Position numbers and translations under genes: made by a program | Origin: a virus | Lineage: Duplodnaviria > Heunggongvirae > Uroviricota > Caudoviricetes > Demerecviridae | Direction: 5' to 3' (one strand) | DNA: 64,000 bases | Virus record (IMG/VR): IMGVR_UViG_651703040_000001 | The notes under the pieces: model-generated | Databases searched by the model: none | Told to the model about the DNA's origin: nothing | What the model saw: the letters and a program-made list of their open reading frames with translations, nothing else | In this document: one piece after another, positions 1-9,098 of the stretch | Layout: every line of letters begins with the position of its first letter | How positions within the stretch are numbered: position 1 is the stretch's first letter

Positions 1-4
1 CACT

Positions 5-364
5 ATGACCAAGATTGCTAACATCGTTGCCGCCAATAAGTCTGCCGTTGTAAACGCTGCAAAACTGGAAGCGGGTAAAATTGCACTAACTCAAATCACG
101 AAAGTAGCGGCTAAAAAAGCACCGTTCATGATCAAAGGCTATATTGATACGCCGGTTGGTCGTGTAGTGATCGCTAACCTGCTGAGTGTAGCGGTTGACC
201 AGTACGCCCCGAGTAACCAGAAAGCGAAAGCGGTAGCGGGGGCGGCTATGGAAGCGGCAATGTTGGAAATGGTCCAAAGTTTTAACATCGCTGAGATGAT
301 CGATGAAATGGTAAAAGGTATCGATATTTCTACTTTTACCAATAACACCGAAAACGAGCAATAA
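5..364 (+). CDS. hypothetical Ala-rich protein (119 aa)
   Basis: Intact ORF from an ATG at position 5. A rho-independent hairpin follows at 385-415. Confidence 0.55.
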   Translation: MTKIANIVAANKSAVVNAAKLEAGKIALTQITKVAAKKAPFMIKGYIDTPVGRVVIANLLSVAVDQYAPSNQKAKAVAGAAMEAAMLEMVQSFNIAEMIDEMVKGIDISTFTNNTENEQ

Positions 365-384
365 CTAGCCTATTGTAAAGTTTT

Positions 385-415
385 GTAAAGGTCGCCTTTT
401 ATGGTGGCCTTTTTT
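385..415 (+). terminator. rho-independent terminator
   Basis: AAAGGTCGCC...GGTGGCCTTTTTTG. Confidence 0.7.
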
Positions 416-479
416 GTTATAATGCCTTTACACCGTTTGAGGACGGTCGAAAATTTTCCCAAAAATTTGGAGGCTTAAA

Positions 480-710
480 ATGGTTGCTTTTTCTTCTTCT
501 GACGCTCTTTTCACTGGTAAAGGCTGGGTATCAAATCGCTGGATTATTCAAGAAATGGTCCAAGAATACGGCATTGCTAAAACTTATAACACCATCCAGA
601 CGCTTTATGATAATGATCAAATCGATCAACAAACAGCGGGCTTTTTGCTGGATACCCTGAAGGCGGAACATTGCACCAAAAAACAAGCTGCAAAAATTAT
701 CTTAATGTAA
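480..710 (+). CDS. hypothetical protein (76 aa)
   Basis: An SD (GGAGG) lies 8 nt upstream of the ATG. A terminator hairpin follows at 712-745. Confidence 0.55.
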   Translation: MVAFSSSDALFTGKGWVSNRWIIQEMVQEYGIAKTYNTIQTLYDNDQIDQQTAGFLLDTLKAEHCTKKQAAKIILM

Positions 711-711
711 T

Positions 712-745
712 TAATAACGGGGCGTTACTTTCGCCCCACTAACTA
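712..745 (+). terminator. rho-independent terminator
   Basis: ACGGGGCGTTACTTTCGCCCCAC. Confidence 0.7.
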
Positions 746-760
746 GGGGAGTATTAAAAA

Positions 761-940
761 ATGGTTATTTTTCGAGCTATTCTGGCGGGTATCTTGGGCG
801 CTATTTTGACCCTTTTCGCCACCGCTTACGGCATTCAAGATTATTGCGGTTTAGTAGTCACAAAACCAATGGTTATTATTGGCGCGGGTATCGCTGCATT
901 TTCTTATCTGCTGGGCTGCATGAATAGTAAAGGAGAATAA
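761..940 (+). CDS. small membrane protein (59 aa)
   Basis: Not in the ORF track (below 60 aa). SD GGGGAG upstream; two hydrophobic helices. Confidence 0.4.
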   Translation: MVIFRAILAGILGAILTLFATAYGIQDYCGLVVTKPMVIIGAGIAAFSYLLGCMNSKGE

Positions 941-942
941 AA

Positions 943-1155
943 ATGATTCGTAACGTTTCTCTTGCACGTTCGAAAGGTTTTAAGCTGGTGGATGCTAACA
1001 CATTCGAGCGTCCAGATTGTAAAATCGAATATGTAGCACGTAACAAAAACGCTTTTCGTGTTACTGAAAAGAAATTCGACAAGCGCGGCAACGTGATCCT
1101 TGAAACGGTTAGGCACTTTGCCACCTTTTACGCTGCGTTTCGTGGGGTACTATGA
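943..1155 (+). CDS. hypothetical protein (70 aa)
   Basis: SD AAAGGAG 7 nt upstream of the ATG. Confidence 0.5.
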   Translation: MIRNVSLARSKGFKLVDANTFERPDCKIEYVARNKNAFRVTEKKFDKRGNVILETVRHFATFYAAFRGVL

Positions 1156-1278
1156 AAAGCGTTATTGTTATTGCCCTTGCAATGGCTGGCGGTTTTATCG
1201 CCACCTTATTTAAGAATGATCCTCTTTCGCTGGGGATCTTTATGTTATTATCGGGCTATCTGATCGGGAGGTTATAAA

Positions 1279-1623
1279 ATGGTTATTTATGAGGGAAATC
1301 GTTTTGTTGCTAACTGCCGCCCGGCATTATTAGCAAGCTATTTAAACCAGCTTTCGCCAGCATATAAGGGCGTTATTAATATTTATGAGGGTAAGGCGCA
1401 TTATAAAATCAATGCGGTCGTTGCCCGTGAACTAGCGTTTCAATTTTTAACCTTTGCAGCTTGCGACGTTCAGGTTATGGGTGAAGCATTAATTGCAGAA
1501 AATGAGGATGATTTTATTAATATTTTCCGTAAGGTGTGCACCGAGCGCCTGATAATGAAAGGAGCATATATTCAATCCACGGCTGATAGTATTGAAACAG
1601 CGTTTCGAAAAATGGGTAAATAA
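1279..1623 (+). CDS. hypothetical protein (114 aa)
   Basis: SD GGGAGG upstream; the ORF fills the gap between its neighbours. Confidence 0.55.
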   Translation: MVIYEGNRFVANCRPALLASYLNQLSPAYKGVINIYEGKAHYKINAVVARELAFQFLTFAACDVQVMGEALIAENEDDFINIFRKVCTERLIMKGAYIQSTADSIETAFRKMGK

Positions 1624-1625
1624 TA

Positions 1626-1786
1626 TGGCTGTTTATATTGCTTTGCTAGGATATGCGTTATCCCTTATTGTTGGTATGGTTATTTATAACACAATCGGCA
1701 ATATTGTGTTATCCCTTGTTGTCTGCACTATATTAGGGCAGTTTTGCGGAATGTTCGTTATATATAAATTAATGCAAGGAAAATAA
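1626..1786 (+). CDS. small membrane protein (about 53 aa)
   Basis: Hydrophobic ORF. Start chosen at the ATG just after the stop of the previous gene. Confidence 0.4.
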
Positions 1787-1896
1787 TACTAATGAGATTA
1801 TATACTTTCGTTGGTAATAGTAAGGCCGCTAATGATTCCGCTGGGGGCGATAACGTTCGCCACTATTGGCAAAAATATATTTACTAGGGAGTTATT

Positions 1897-2091
1897 ATGA
1901 GCAATAAAATTGTTGTAACCAAAACTAGTACAATGGTTGATGTTTTTTACGTGCCCGATACGCCGGAAAACCGACAAGCGGTTGAGCGTGGCGAATATGA
2001 TAAAGTGATTTATGATCACGATGGTTATTATAAGTATTTGGTGGACTCATATGGGGAGGAGGAAAAGATCACGCATCGACTACCAGACTAA
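1897..2091 (+). CDS. hypothetical protein (64 aa)
   Basis: SD GGGAG upstream. A GC hairpin terminator follows at 2097-2125. Confidence 0.5.
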   Translation: MSNKIVVTKTSTMVDVFYVPDTPENRQAVERGEYDKVIYDHDGYYKYLVDSYGEEEKITHRLPD

Positions 2092-2096
2092 TAATC

Positions 2097-2128
2097 ACGG
2101 GGCGCAACTATCTGGAAGTGCCCCAATT
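2097..2128 (+). terminator. rho-independent terminator
   Basis: CGGGGCGCAACTATCTGGAAGTGCCCCAATTTT. Confidence 0.65.
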
Positions 2129-2347
2129 TTCAAATGATAATCATTCTCATTTGACCGCGCCCGCGATGGTTAGCCTGCTAATGATTCGGGTGTTACGTGT
2201 CGCCTTGTGTGATCGTTAGCGCGCTAACTAATTTTCAAGCCTCCTTCAATTTTGCCCTTGATTTAGTATCCCCACCAAAATTAAACGCGTTAGAATGCGT
2301 TTGAGAGCGTTTTAACGCTATATTAGAATTATTCACTGCGTAGGAAT

Positions 2348-2365
2348 ACTGTATATTTATACAGT
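2348..2365. repeat. perfect palindrome ACTGTATA-TT-TATACAGT
   Basis: Inverted repeat with 8-bp arms, read directly in the sequence. Confidence 0.8.
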
Positions 2366-2375
2366 AGGATAAGCT

Positions 2376-2455
2376 GTGGATAAGTCTGTTAATAACGCTT
2401 CAAAATGGCTAGGGTTTTGTCAAGTCAAATCGTGCTGTTGATAAGTCTGTGGATA
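2376..2455. promoter_or_regulatory. cluster of DnaA boxes
   Basis: TGTGGATAA (the reverse of TTATCCACA) at 2376-2384 and 2447-2455. A one-mismatch copy, TGTTGATAA, at 2436-2444. Confidence 0.7.
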
Positions 2456-2485
2456 ACTTAAATAACAGTGTTTCTCACTTCCGTT

Positions 2486-2640
2486 CTTAAATGCGAATCA
2501 TTATCATTTGCATTCCACTATCTAAATGAGAGTCATTCCACTTTTTAAATGAGATTGATTCTCATTTCACTTTCTAAATGCGAATTATTATCATTCTCAT
2601 TCCGCTTTTTAAATGAGAATGATTCTTATTATCATTCGTA
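2486..2640 (+). repeat. five imperfect direct repeats, core TAAATGMGA
   Basis: Core copies at 2488, 2524, 2546, 2575 and 2610. Flanking sequence (ATTATCATT, CATTCCACT) is also repeated. Confidence 0.75.
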
Positions 2641-2643
2641 TTT

Positions 2644-2667
2644 AGCGCAGGGCAATTGCCCTGCGCT
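2644..2667. repeat. 24-bp perfect palindrome AGCGCAGGGCAA/TTGCCCTGCGCT
   Basis: Reverse complement identical over 24 bp. Confidence 0.85.
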
Positions 2668-2713
2668 TTTGTGCAAAACCGACATTGCTCCACGGGTGTT
2701 ACGTGCGGGCGTG

Positions 2714-3408
2714 TATGTGCGAATCCGACAATTTTTGGTAGTGTGCAAATCCGACCCGAAAAATTTTTATAGTGTGCAAATCCGACAATGAATTTTCCCA
2801 AAAACTCCAGCAATCTCGAACTGCGTTCGAATCCTGTGGGGTATGTGCAAATCCGACACGAGTTTACTAGGAGACAGATTTATGGTTTCAGGAATATTTT
2901 TGTGACTTCGATGAGAGGGTGTGTGATTGTGTGGGTTTGGGGAGAAGTTGAGAGAGCGAGAGAAAATTAGGGGGGGAAGCTAGAGGGGCGCATGTTTGGT
3001 GCGGAGCACCTGATTTGTGGGGATTTTGGGGAAGAGTTGAGAAGATTTGGGTTAATTTGAGATTAGTGGAGATAAAGTAAAATTTTATTTGCTAAATGGG
3101 GCAAAATAGCTTGACAAGTGAAAATTTCTGTGGCTCTAAAAACTCAGGCAATCATGGGCCTTCGGCCCGAAATAATGCTGCCATTTTCAGGAGATTATAT
3201 GTTCATGAAAACTTAGGCAATTGTGCAAATCCGACCAGTTTTTAAACTTATGTCAGTGTGCAAATCCGACAATAATTTCTGAAAATGTGTTTTCAAAAAA
3301 TGTTGTCTAGAAATAACCGCCCTCCCCATAACCGCCCTGTATAGGAAAACCGGCCTAGGATATTTATGGTAGGTGAAAACTGCCCTAGAACATGTGCAAA
3401 TCCGATTT
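2714..3408 (+). repeat. seven copies of a 14-bp box GTGCAAATCCGACA
   Basis: Copies at 2717, 2743, 2775, 2846, 3223, 3258 and 3394, all in the same orientation. The 2717 and 3394 copies are variants. Confidence 0.8.
2890..3080 (+). repeat. polypurine (GA-rich) strand-asymmetric tract
   Basis: About 190 nt that are almost exclusively G/A/T on the plus strand. Internal GAGAAGTTGAGAGA and GAAGAGTTGAGAAG repeats. Confidence 0.6.
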
Positions 3409-3802
3409 AAAGTTTAGTGTAAACCCTAGAGTTAGTGTTCAACTATTCCTAGAAACTTAGGAGTCTAGAAGAAAGTGTTGTGCCATCCTAGCAGAAGAGC
3501 GGCAACAGGTGTATCATCTTGAACACAGATATTGCCTTTAAATATTTTTAGTTATTTAAAAGTAAATATACCCCCATTTCATAAGAGTTAGCCCCTCTAG
3601 GCGCGTGCGATTTGATACATCCTCCTAAGTCTCGGTGTGGAAGAACAATTGACGAGAACCTGTACCAGAACCGTCATCAAGTGTTTTCCTACGAGGAATG
3701 ATGTAAATCTACGGCCTAGAGGTAAAAACAAGTTGATGTTTTTAATCTATGAGATTATTATAACATACAGCTCAAATAATGTCAAGAATTTTTCGTTAAC
3801 GT

Positions 3803-4528
3803 TTATACATCGTGATTGACTTTGAGTATGACTCCTTTCGATGCCATGAAAAGGAATGTTGCTAAGTAAGATGACTCGGAATTTAGCGCAGAATAATCTA
3901 CACTTCCTCTAGGTCTAGTTTCTTGTTTAGTGTCAAGAATTGTTGATATATCAAACTTAACAGACTTAGCAACTTTTCTAGCTTGTTCAGGATCACGTAA
4001 AATTTCAAAGTGAGCAGCATCTAGAGTAGGGTTAGATGTTGTTGAGTCGTCAACTATACTTAGATGAACCTGCGCAAGTGTAGATACAATTCCTAGCTTT
4101 AACTCAGATAGAGAAGAATAAGGTGGTTCTACTTTCTTTGTAAGTCTAGGAAGATGATCATATTTACATTGCTTTTGCGGAATCATCAAAATGTTAGGAT
4201 AACATTCTAAACATGACTTTGCATTTCCTTCTTTAAAATGCGGGAGTTCTTTATCTGCAAAGACATGGAATGAATCTGCTGAGAATCCTTTAATAGTAGG
4301 ATCAACGGTTTGAATCAGACGACGTAAACTAATATAAGAAGGTGCTAGAGTAACTTCTCCTGCATCTTTATTATATTTAGGTTGTCCACTAGCATTAATG
4401 TACGCAGGATAGAACTCTGCACAAAATGCTACTGCATGTGCTTCTAGTTCATTAAGCTGAGAAACACATTTTCCATTACAAGCTCTAGCTAATTTAATAA
4501 TCTCTGCTAAATTCTTTTTAATACTCAT
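3803..4528 (-). CDS. hypothetical protein (241 aa)
   Basis: Long ORF, first gene of the minus-strand block. Overlaps the next gene by 4 bp. Confidence 0.6.
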   Translation of the reverse strand: MSIKKNLAEIIKLARACNGKCVSQLNELEAHAVAFCAEFYPAYINASGQPKYNKDAGEVTLAPSYISLRRLIQTVDPTIKGFSADSFHVFADKELPHFKEGNAKSCLECYPNILMIPQKQCKYDHLPRLTKKVEPPYSSLSELKLGIVSTLAQVHLSIVDDSTTSNPTLDAAHFEILRDPEQARKVAKSVKFDISTILDTKQETRPRGSVDYSALNSESSYLATFLFMASKGVILKVNHDV

Positions 4529-5013
4529 ATATCATCCGCCTGTCCACTAGCTGTTGCTGCTAATCTTCTTTCACGTTTCAAGATACCATTAATAATATCT
4601 TTTGCATCAGATTTATTCTTGGCTGTTCTCTTTATTAGGTCAAATAAGACTCTAGGATTAGGAACCTCAAACTCTTCCTCTCCCAGACATATAGTATACT
4701 CTTTCAAATGTAATTGAGTATACTTAGTAAGTGGGAAAGATTCTAGTATTCCAGTACTATCAACAGGAATATGTTCTTTCATAGGAATCACCGCACATTT
4801 CTGTTCCTTCAAGAAATTCAGGAATCCAATAGTTTGTACATCTTCTGAGTCATAAGAGACTTTTCTAATAGCTTCAATAAGCGTAATAGCTTCAAAAGTT
4901 AATACAGTTAAATAACGTCGTACATTTGCACCATCAGTTATTTGTAGAAAGTAAACCGACGAGTCCTCCGTCGGTTCAAACAGTATATTAGCGAATTTAA
5001 ATGCTTCTTTCAT
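4525..5013 (-). CDS. hypothetical protein (162 aa)
   Basis: Translationally coupled ORF. Confidence 0.6.
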   Translation of the reverse strand: MKEAFKFANILFEPTEDSSVYFLQITDGANVRRYLTVLTFEAITLIEAIRKVSYDSEDVQTIGFLNFLKEQKCAVIPMKEHIPVDSTGILESFPLTKYTQLHLKEYTICLGEEEFEVPNPRVLFDLIKRTAKNKSDAKDIINGILKRERRLAATASGQADDI

Positions 5014-5627
5014 TAATTACCTCTCTTATCTTCATTAAGAGCAGCTCCCAACGCCTCCATAATAGCATCTTCTAAACTTCCATGTTTACTAGGATTATTA
5101 AAATGAATAGTACAAACAGAACTCCTAGAAACTCCAGCATCCGCAGGTGCTACGCTTCGCATATCAGATTCAAAAGCTTCTTGAGTATGTTTCAACTGTA
5201 CAGAAGGGCCGTAATCTTCCGCAAACTTATATGACTGCGTACTACTTACCACACCCCCACAAGGAACATTGTGCAAATCCGACATTAATTTTTTATCGGA
5301 GTTATTCAGCATTGAGATTGTCCCTGACTGCCACGGATCTCTAATAGTCACTGGAGTACTGGGGCGGTTCACCTCAGTCTTCACAAGTTTGTACCCTGCA
5401 TCGATTAGTACATTAATCAAGTTATCAGCCGGGATGCGGGCCGTGCCAAAAATCTTACGAGCATCTTCGAGCTTACCTTCAAGATCTTTACAGGCTCTAA
5501 GGTCAGTGTGTGCAAATGTTAGCTTCATAGATTTGAATTGTACAGTAGCAGTTAAATCTTTAAAGCTATAATCCCATGTGTTCAGTTCATGATCCGGTAC
5601 TACTTGAATAGGTTGTTGTGTAAACAT
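5013..5627 (-). CDS. hypothetical protein (204 aa)
   Basis: ORF in an operon with the two genes downstream. Contains one copy of the 14-bp GTGCAAATCCGACA box at 5272-5285. Confidence 0.6.
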   Translation of the reverse strand: MFTQQPIQVVPDHELNTWDYSFKDLTATVQFKSMKLTFAHTDLRACKDLEGKLEDARKIFGTARIPADNLINVLIDAGYKLVKTEVNRPSTPVTIRDPWQSGTISMLNNSDKKLMSDLHNVPCGGVVSSTQSYKFAEDYGPSVQLKHTQEAFESDMRSVAPADAGVSRSSVCTIHFNNPSKHGSLEDAIMEALGAALNEDKRGN

Positions 5628-5812
5628 TATTTATTCTCCAGTTTGTCTAACAGTTTATGGGCTGCTAGATTATATTGTTTAAGTTCACGATTAAGGATTT
5701 GGTTTTCACACTTTAACTCTAAATTCTTATTATTAAGAACGTTGCAGATTAGTAGAAGTGCTAGTATTAGTAACAGAGAACCTACGAGCATTAAAAGAAA
5801 AAGAGTTTCCAT
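5627..5812 (-). CDS. small membrane protein (61 aa)
   Basis: N-terminal TM segment followed by a coiled-coil tail. Confidence 0.45.
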   Translation of the reverse strand: METLFLLMLVGSLLLILALLLICNVLNNKNLELKCENQILNRELKQYNLAAHKLLDKLENK

Positions 5813-6045
5813 TATTTAACTCCCGTGTAACGTTTGAGATATATGATGAAGTCTTCTGCTGTATGCGCTGCGCTACCTTGAGCTACGAATAGCTTGAGAG
5901 CTTCACGTTGTAGTTTGAGACCCGCTACCTCACCACGTAATTTTACTAGATCTTCTGCTAGTTCTCTAGCTCTACGCATAATAGCAAAAGATACAAGTAC
6001 TACGATGAATAACATAACTACTAAAATAATTGCTATGATTTCCAT
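5812..6045 (-). CDS. small membrane protein (77 aa)
   Basis: Hydrophobic N-terminus. Confidence 0.5.
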   Translation of the reverse strand: MEIIAIILVVMLFIVVLVSFAIMRRARELAEDLVKLRGEVAGLKLQREALKLFVAQGSAAHTAEDFIIYLKRYTGVK

Positions 6046-6323
6046 ATTAACATCCAGCTTTTATCACACATTTTGGCATGATCTATTAGTTCATTCATTG
6101 ATGTATTGTTATCATAAATGCACTCTAGTATATACCTTCTGTCAAATTCGTCAACCAAATATTCTACGCTATTTATTACTACTTTATACAGATCCGGGAC
6201 TAGAGAGCATGTATTTGGTATGGGGCGACTGCTTAAGTCTATTTCATTATAGCCCCACGTTGTTTTAAATAGTTTGTTACTAAGTGCTGCTAATGGATTT
6301 GACCATATAATATAGCTACTCAC
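6033..6323 (-). CDS. hypothetical protein (96 aa)
   Basis: ORF on the coherent strand. Confidence 0.5.
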   Translation of the reverse strand: MSSYIIWSNPLAALSNKLFKTTWGYNEIDLSSRPIPNTCSLVPDLYKVVINSVEYLVDEFDRRYILECIYDNNTSMNELIDHAKMCDKSWMLIWKS

Positions 6324-6864
6324 TACTTATCTCCATTCTTAACTTTGAAAACTTATTATACCAAACTATATGATTATCGTCAATTACAAATTTATGATAA
6401 CATGCTGGTACGGTATAAGTTCCATAATCCGTGACACGCTGCACAACCTTGTGTGCGCACAGTCGACAACCATGCCCTTCTAAATGAGATCTAGCAGTTT
6501 GCCAGTAATAACCTTCATGATCTGGACAATAGATCTCGACTTGCTGTTGCATTGTCTTATAATTTACCCGTTCATACCCAAAGAAAGCTCCATGAACTGC
6601 AACAGCTTTCTTGATAAATATAAGGTTTAGTGCTTCTTGTTGAAAGTCGGGGTGTAGCTGCTTAATCTTAGTTCTATTAATAGATCCATCTGATTTGATA
6701 AACCTATTTATTGGGAAGTTGTTAGCTTCCTCGATTAATAATTCATTTACTTTTTCTCTCATATTAGATATTCTCACAGCTAAGGTAGAAACATTCGTAA
6801 GCATCACCAGTAAACTCTTTATCTTGTAGTATACACTTAGCCTGGTCTTCTGGTACTCCAGCAT
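6316..6864 (-). CDS. hypothetical protein (182 aa), possible Cys/His metal site
   Basis: ORF. The start may be the internal ATG at 6762, which would avoid a 100-bp overlap with the upstream gene. Confidence 0.5.
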   Translation of the reverse strand: MLEYQKTRLSVYYKIKSLLVMLTNVSTLAVRISNMREKVNELLIEEANNFPINRFIKSDGSINRTKIKQLHPDFQQEALNLIFIKKAVAVHGAFFGYERVNYKTMQQQVEIYCPDHEGYYWQTARSHLEGHGCRLCAHKVVQRVTDYGTYTVPACYHKFVIDDNHIVWYNKFSKLRMEISSE

Positions 6865-6988
6865 CTAATAATTGTTGTTTACTTGGCTTTTCAGCGAATA
6901 CTTTTACAAAATACTCACCATCCTGATTATACTCATTTATATCTCTAGTAAGGACGTATACTTGCATTTGAAGTTCCTTGAAACACAA
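6764..6988 (-). CDS. hypothetical protein (74 aa)
   Basis: ORF. A bidirectional hairpin terminator at 6985-7018 lies just upstream of its start. Confidence 0.4.
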   Translation of the reverse strand: MCFKELQMQVYVLTRDINEYNQDGEYFVKVFAEKPSKQQLLDAGVPEDQAKCILQDKEFTGDAYECFYLSCENI

Positions 6989-7021
6989 AAGGCCAGAACA
7001 ATTAAGTCCTGGCCCCTAGAA

Positions 7022-7459
7022 TTAATGAAGTTGTTTACCACTTCTTAAAATAGTGGTCGTTTTCATAAGACTTAACGTTGTATCACGCTTTTTGATTTGT
7101 TTGTCGAGTTCATTGGTACGTTTGTCAATGTAAGCGTTAATAGCCATATTCATAGCGGAGGCGAGATCTTCTTTGGTTATCTCTTCATTATCTAAAGCTA
7201 ATTTAGCTAAAGAATCGAAAGTACTAGAAAGTCCTATAAGATCAGAAGCTTCCCCAGCCAAAATAGGGTTAACATTATCTATTGTTGCTTCTAACATGGA
7301 GTTAACAATATCTTTTCCGTCTACTAGACCAGATTCAATATCACTCTCCCATTCCTTCATCTGCTCCAGCAATGGATTTTTCTTTTCTGTCATGGTAAAG
7401 GTTTCCTGTGTCAGTTGGTAAGAAGGACGATTGAGCTTTAGGTGGATGTTGTTTAGCAA
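7022..7459 (-). CDS. hypothetical acidic protein (up to 145 aa)
   Basis: ORF. Probably starts at the internal ATG at about 7393 (SD AGGAAACC). Confidence 0.5.
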   Translation of the reverse strand: MLNNIHLKLNRPSYQLTQETFTMTEKKNPLLEQMKEWESDIESGLVDGKDIVNSMLEATIDNVNPILAGEASDLIGLSSTFDSLAKLALDNEEITKEDLASAMNMAINAYIDKRTNELDKQIKKRDTTLSLMKTTTILRSGKQLH

Positions 7460-7802
7460 TCCAGTTAAGAATCAGCACACGACTAGGGACAATATCGGTA
7501 TTATACCAGAAATCATGAACCCATTGACGAGCATCCTCAAACTTACCAAATTTATATGCTTTCTTAAACAATTCAAACCCAAAACAATCTGGTGTGAAGT
7601 CTACTTCACGATATTGAACTACTTTAGAACCAGTTAGGTCTTGGATCGCTGCATTAATTTCTGTATGCGAGAATTTTGTTTCGTGAAACTTATTAAAGAA
7701 TCGGTAGTTGAAGCGTCCGTTCGTTTCGACAAACAACTGGATGAAGAGATCGTTAAATTGGTTATCAAACCAGTAATTCTGTAGTTGTTGTAGTGCTGTC
7801 AT
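7341..7802 (-). CDS. hypothetical protein (153 aa)
   Basis: ORF. Confidence 0.55.
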   Translation of the reverse strand: MTALQQLQNYWFDNQFNDLFIQLFVETNGRFNYRFFNKFHETKFSHTEINAAIQDLTGSKVVQYREVDFTPDCFGFELFKKAYKFGKFEDARQWVHDFWYNTDIVPSRVLILNWIAKQHPPKAQSSFLPTDTGNLYHDRKEKSIAGADEGMGE

Positions 7803-7999
7803 TTACGAACTCCGTTAATTGCCACGATAATGCCTTCGTACATAAAAGGAAGTAGTTCAGAAGTGTAGAAGATATTTTCCGTTATTCCTAGATGTCGAAA
7901 AAGTATATTAAATAATGCTGTTAGAAATACAATCTGAGGCAGTAATACAAAATACTCAGTTACAATCTTTGGTGCCTGATAAACAAGACGTTTTATCAT
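7799..7999 (-). CDS. small membrane protein (66 aa)
   Basis: Hydrophobic ORF. Confidence 0.4.
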   Translation of the reverse strand: MIKRLVYQAPKIVTEYFVLLPQIVFLTALFNILFRHLGITENIFYTSELLPFMYEGIIVAINGVRK

Positions 8000-8098
8000 T
8001 GTTTTTAAGTCTCCTTATTACTTTGGCCTGCTCCACAATAATAAAAACTGCGAGCACTAATAGTGCTAGTAGCCCCGCAGTAATTGGTACTAAATCAA

Positions 8099-8425
8099 TC
8101 ATGGGAGACGCCATACGTAACTAGCTGTCTGTAGAGTCTTAGCAGTATCATCATGGTACATTACTACAGACTTTGGTGAATAGCTATCAGCTAGTTCTTT
8201 ACGAATCATTTCACACTCTTCACCAGTATCAATATTTTTAACTATCACTTTCATATTAAGTGGTGTTAATACAGAAAGTGGTTTCCAAGAGTCCTCAATT
8301 TCAATTCCTACCTTTTTCTCGATTAACATGAGAACTTCTAGTGTATCATCTGGAATACTAATATTATTATTCACAAACTGTAATATCTCATGTAAGGTAT
8401 TTAATTCATTAAAATTAAGCTTCAT
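8099..8425 (-). CDS. hypothetical protein (108 aa)
   Basis: ORF. Confidence 0.5.
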   Translation of the reverse strand: MKLNFNELNTLHEILQFVNNNISIPDDTLEVLMLIEKKVGIEIEDSWKPLSVLTPLNMKVIVKNIDTGEECEMIRKELADSYSPKSVVMYHDDTAKTLQTASYVWRLP

Positions 8426-8660
8426 CTTTAAGAATATCCTCTACCATATCACAAGACTGTTGCAATTCATCAGCAATACGTTTAATATCAGTTTTTGTTA
8501 TTTTACCAACTAACATCACCAGTAACATAGAAAAGATAATAAGTGGAACTGGAATAACAAATAAGGCTACCTTAACAACATTCTTTGGCGTCCATGTGTG
8601 GTATTTAGTAACCAGTACACTAACCACAATTAGATAAAACGCTAGAATAAACATCATCAT
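8415..8660 (-). CDS. membrane protein (81 aa)
   Basis: Two TM helices. Confidence 0.5.
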   Translation of the reverse strand: MMMFILAFYLIVVSVLVTKYHTWTPKNVVKVALFVIPVPLIIFSMLLVMLVGKITKTDIKRIADELQQSCDMVEDILKDEA

Positions 8661-8938
8661 TTTTTAATCTCCGTAATTATCTGTGCACGCATTACTTTAT
8701 TAGGTAGTTTTGTATTCCCAGCAATTGCTTCGATATTGTTTAGTTTTTCTTTTAGAATATCTGAGCGTCTCTGAGCTAGTTCAATATCTTGTTCTTGTCC
8801 TATTAAGCGGCAGTGGAGTCCACTATTAGTAATAAGCATACTCTCCATATTTTTTCGTAGGCTTACAATACCAATAACCCCACCAATCGCTGCTAGTGTC
8901 ATAAGCACTAGCAATCCGATGAGAATTTCAATTAACAT
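8657..8938 (-). CDS. membrane protein (93 aa)
   Basis: N-terminal TM helix plus a coiled coil. Confidence 0.5.
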   Translation of the reverse strand: MLIEILIGLLVLMTLAAIGGVIGIVSLRKNMESMLITNSGLHCRLIGQEQDIELAQRRSDILKEKLNNIEAIAGNTKLPNKVMRAQIITEIKK

Positions 8939-9098
8939 TAAATACCCCTACATTTTTCGTTATCCGGGACTAATTTACACATTTCTACTTTCAGTTCTTT
9001 TGCTGAGTTTTCTAGTTTAGAAACTTTATTGTGGATAAGTCCCAAAAATATCGCTTGGAAAACTACCATTATTGCTACTAATGCTAGTTTATTCTCCA

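Noticed and set aside
2549-2970. Three ORFs of 60-80 aa overlapping the direct-repeat and palindrome region
   Set aside because: They are made of the repeat units themselves (LNENDSYYHS-type low complexity). There is no SD, and the region is regulatory or structural DNA.
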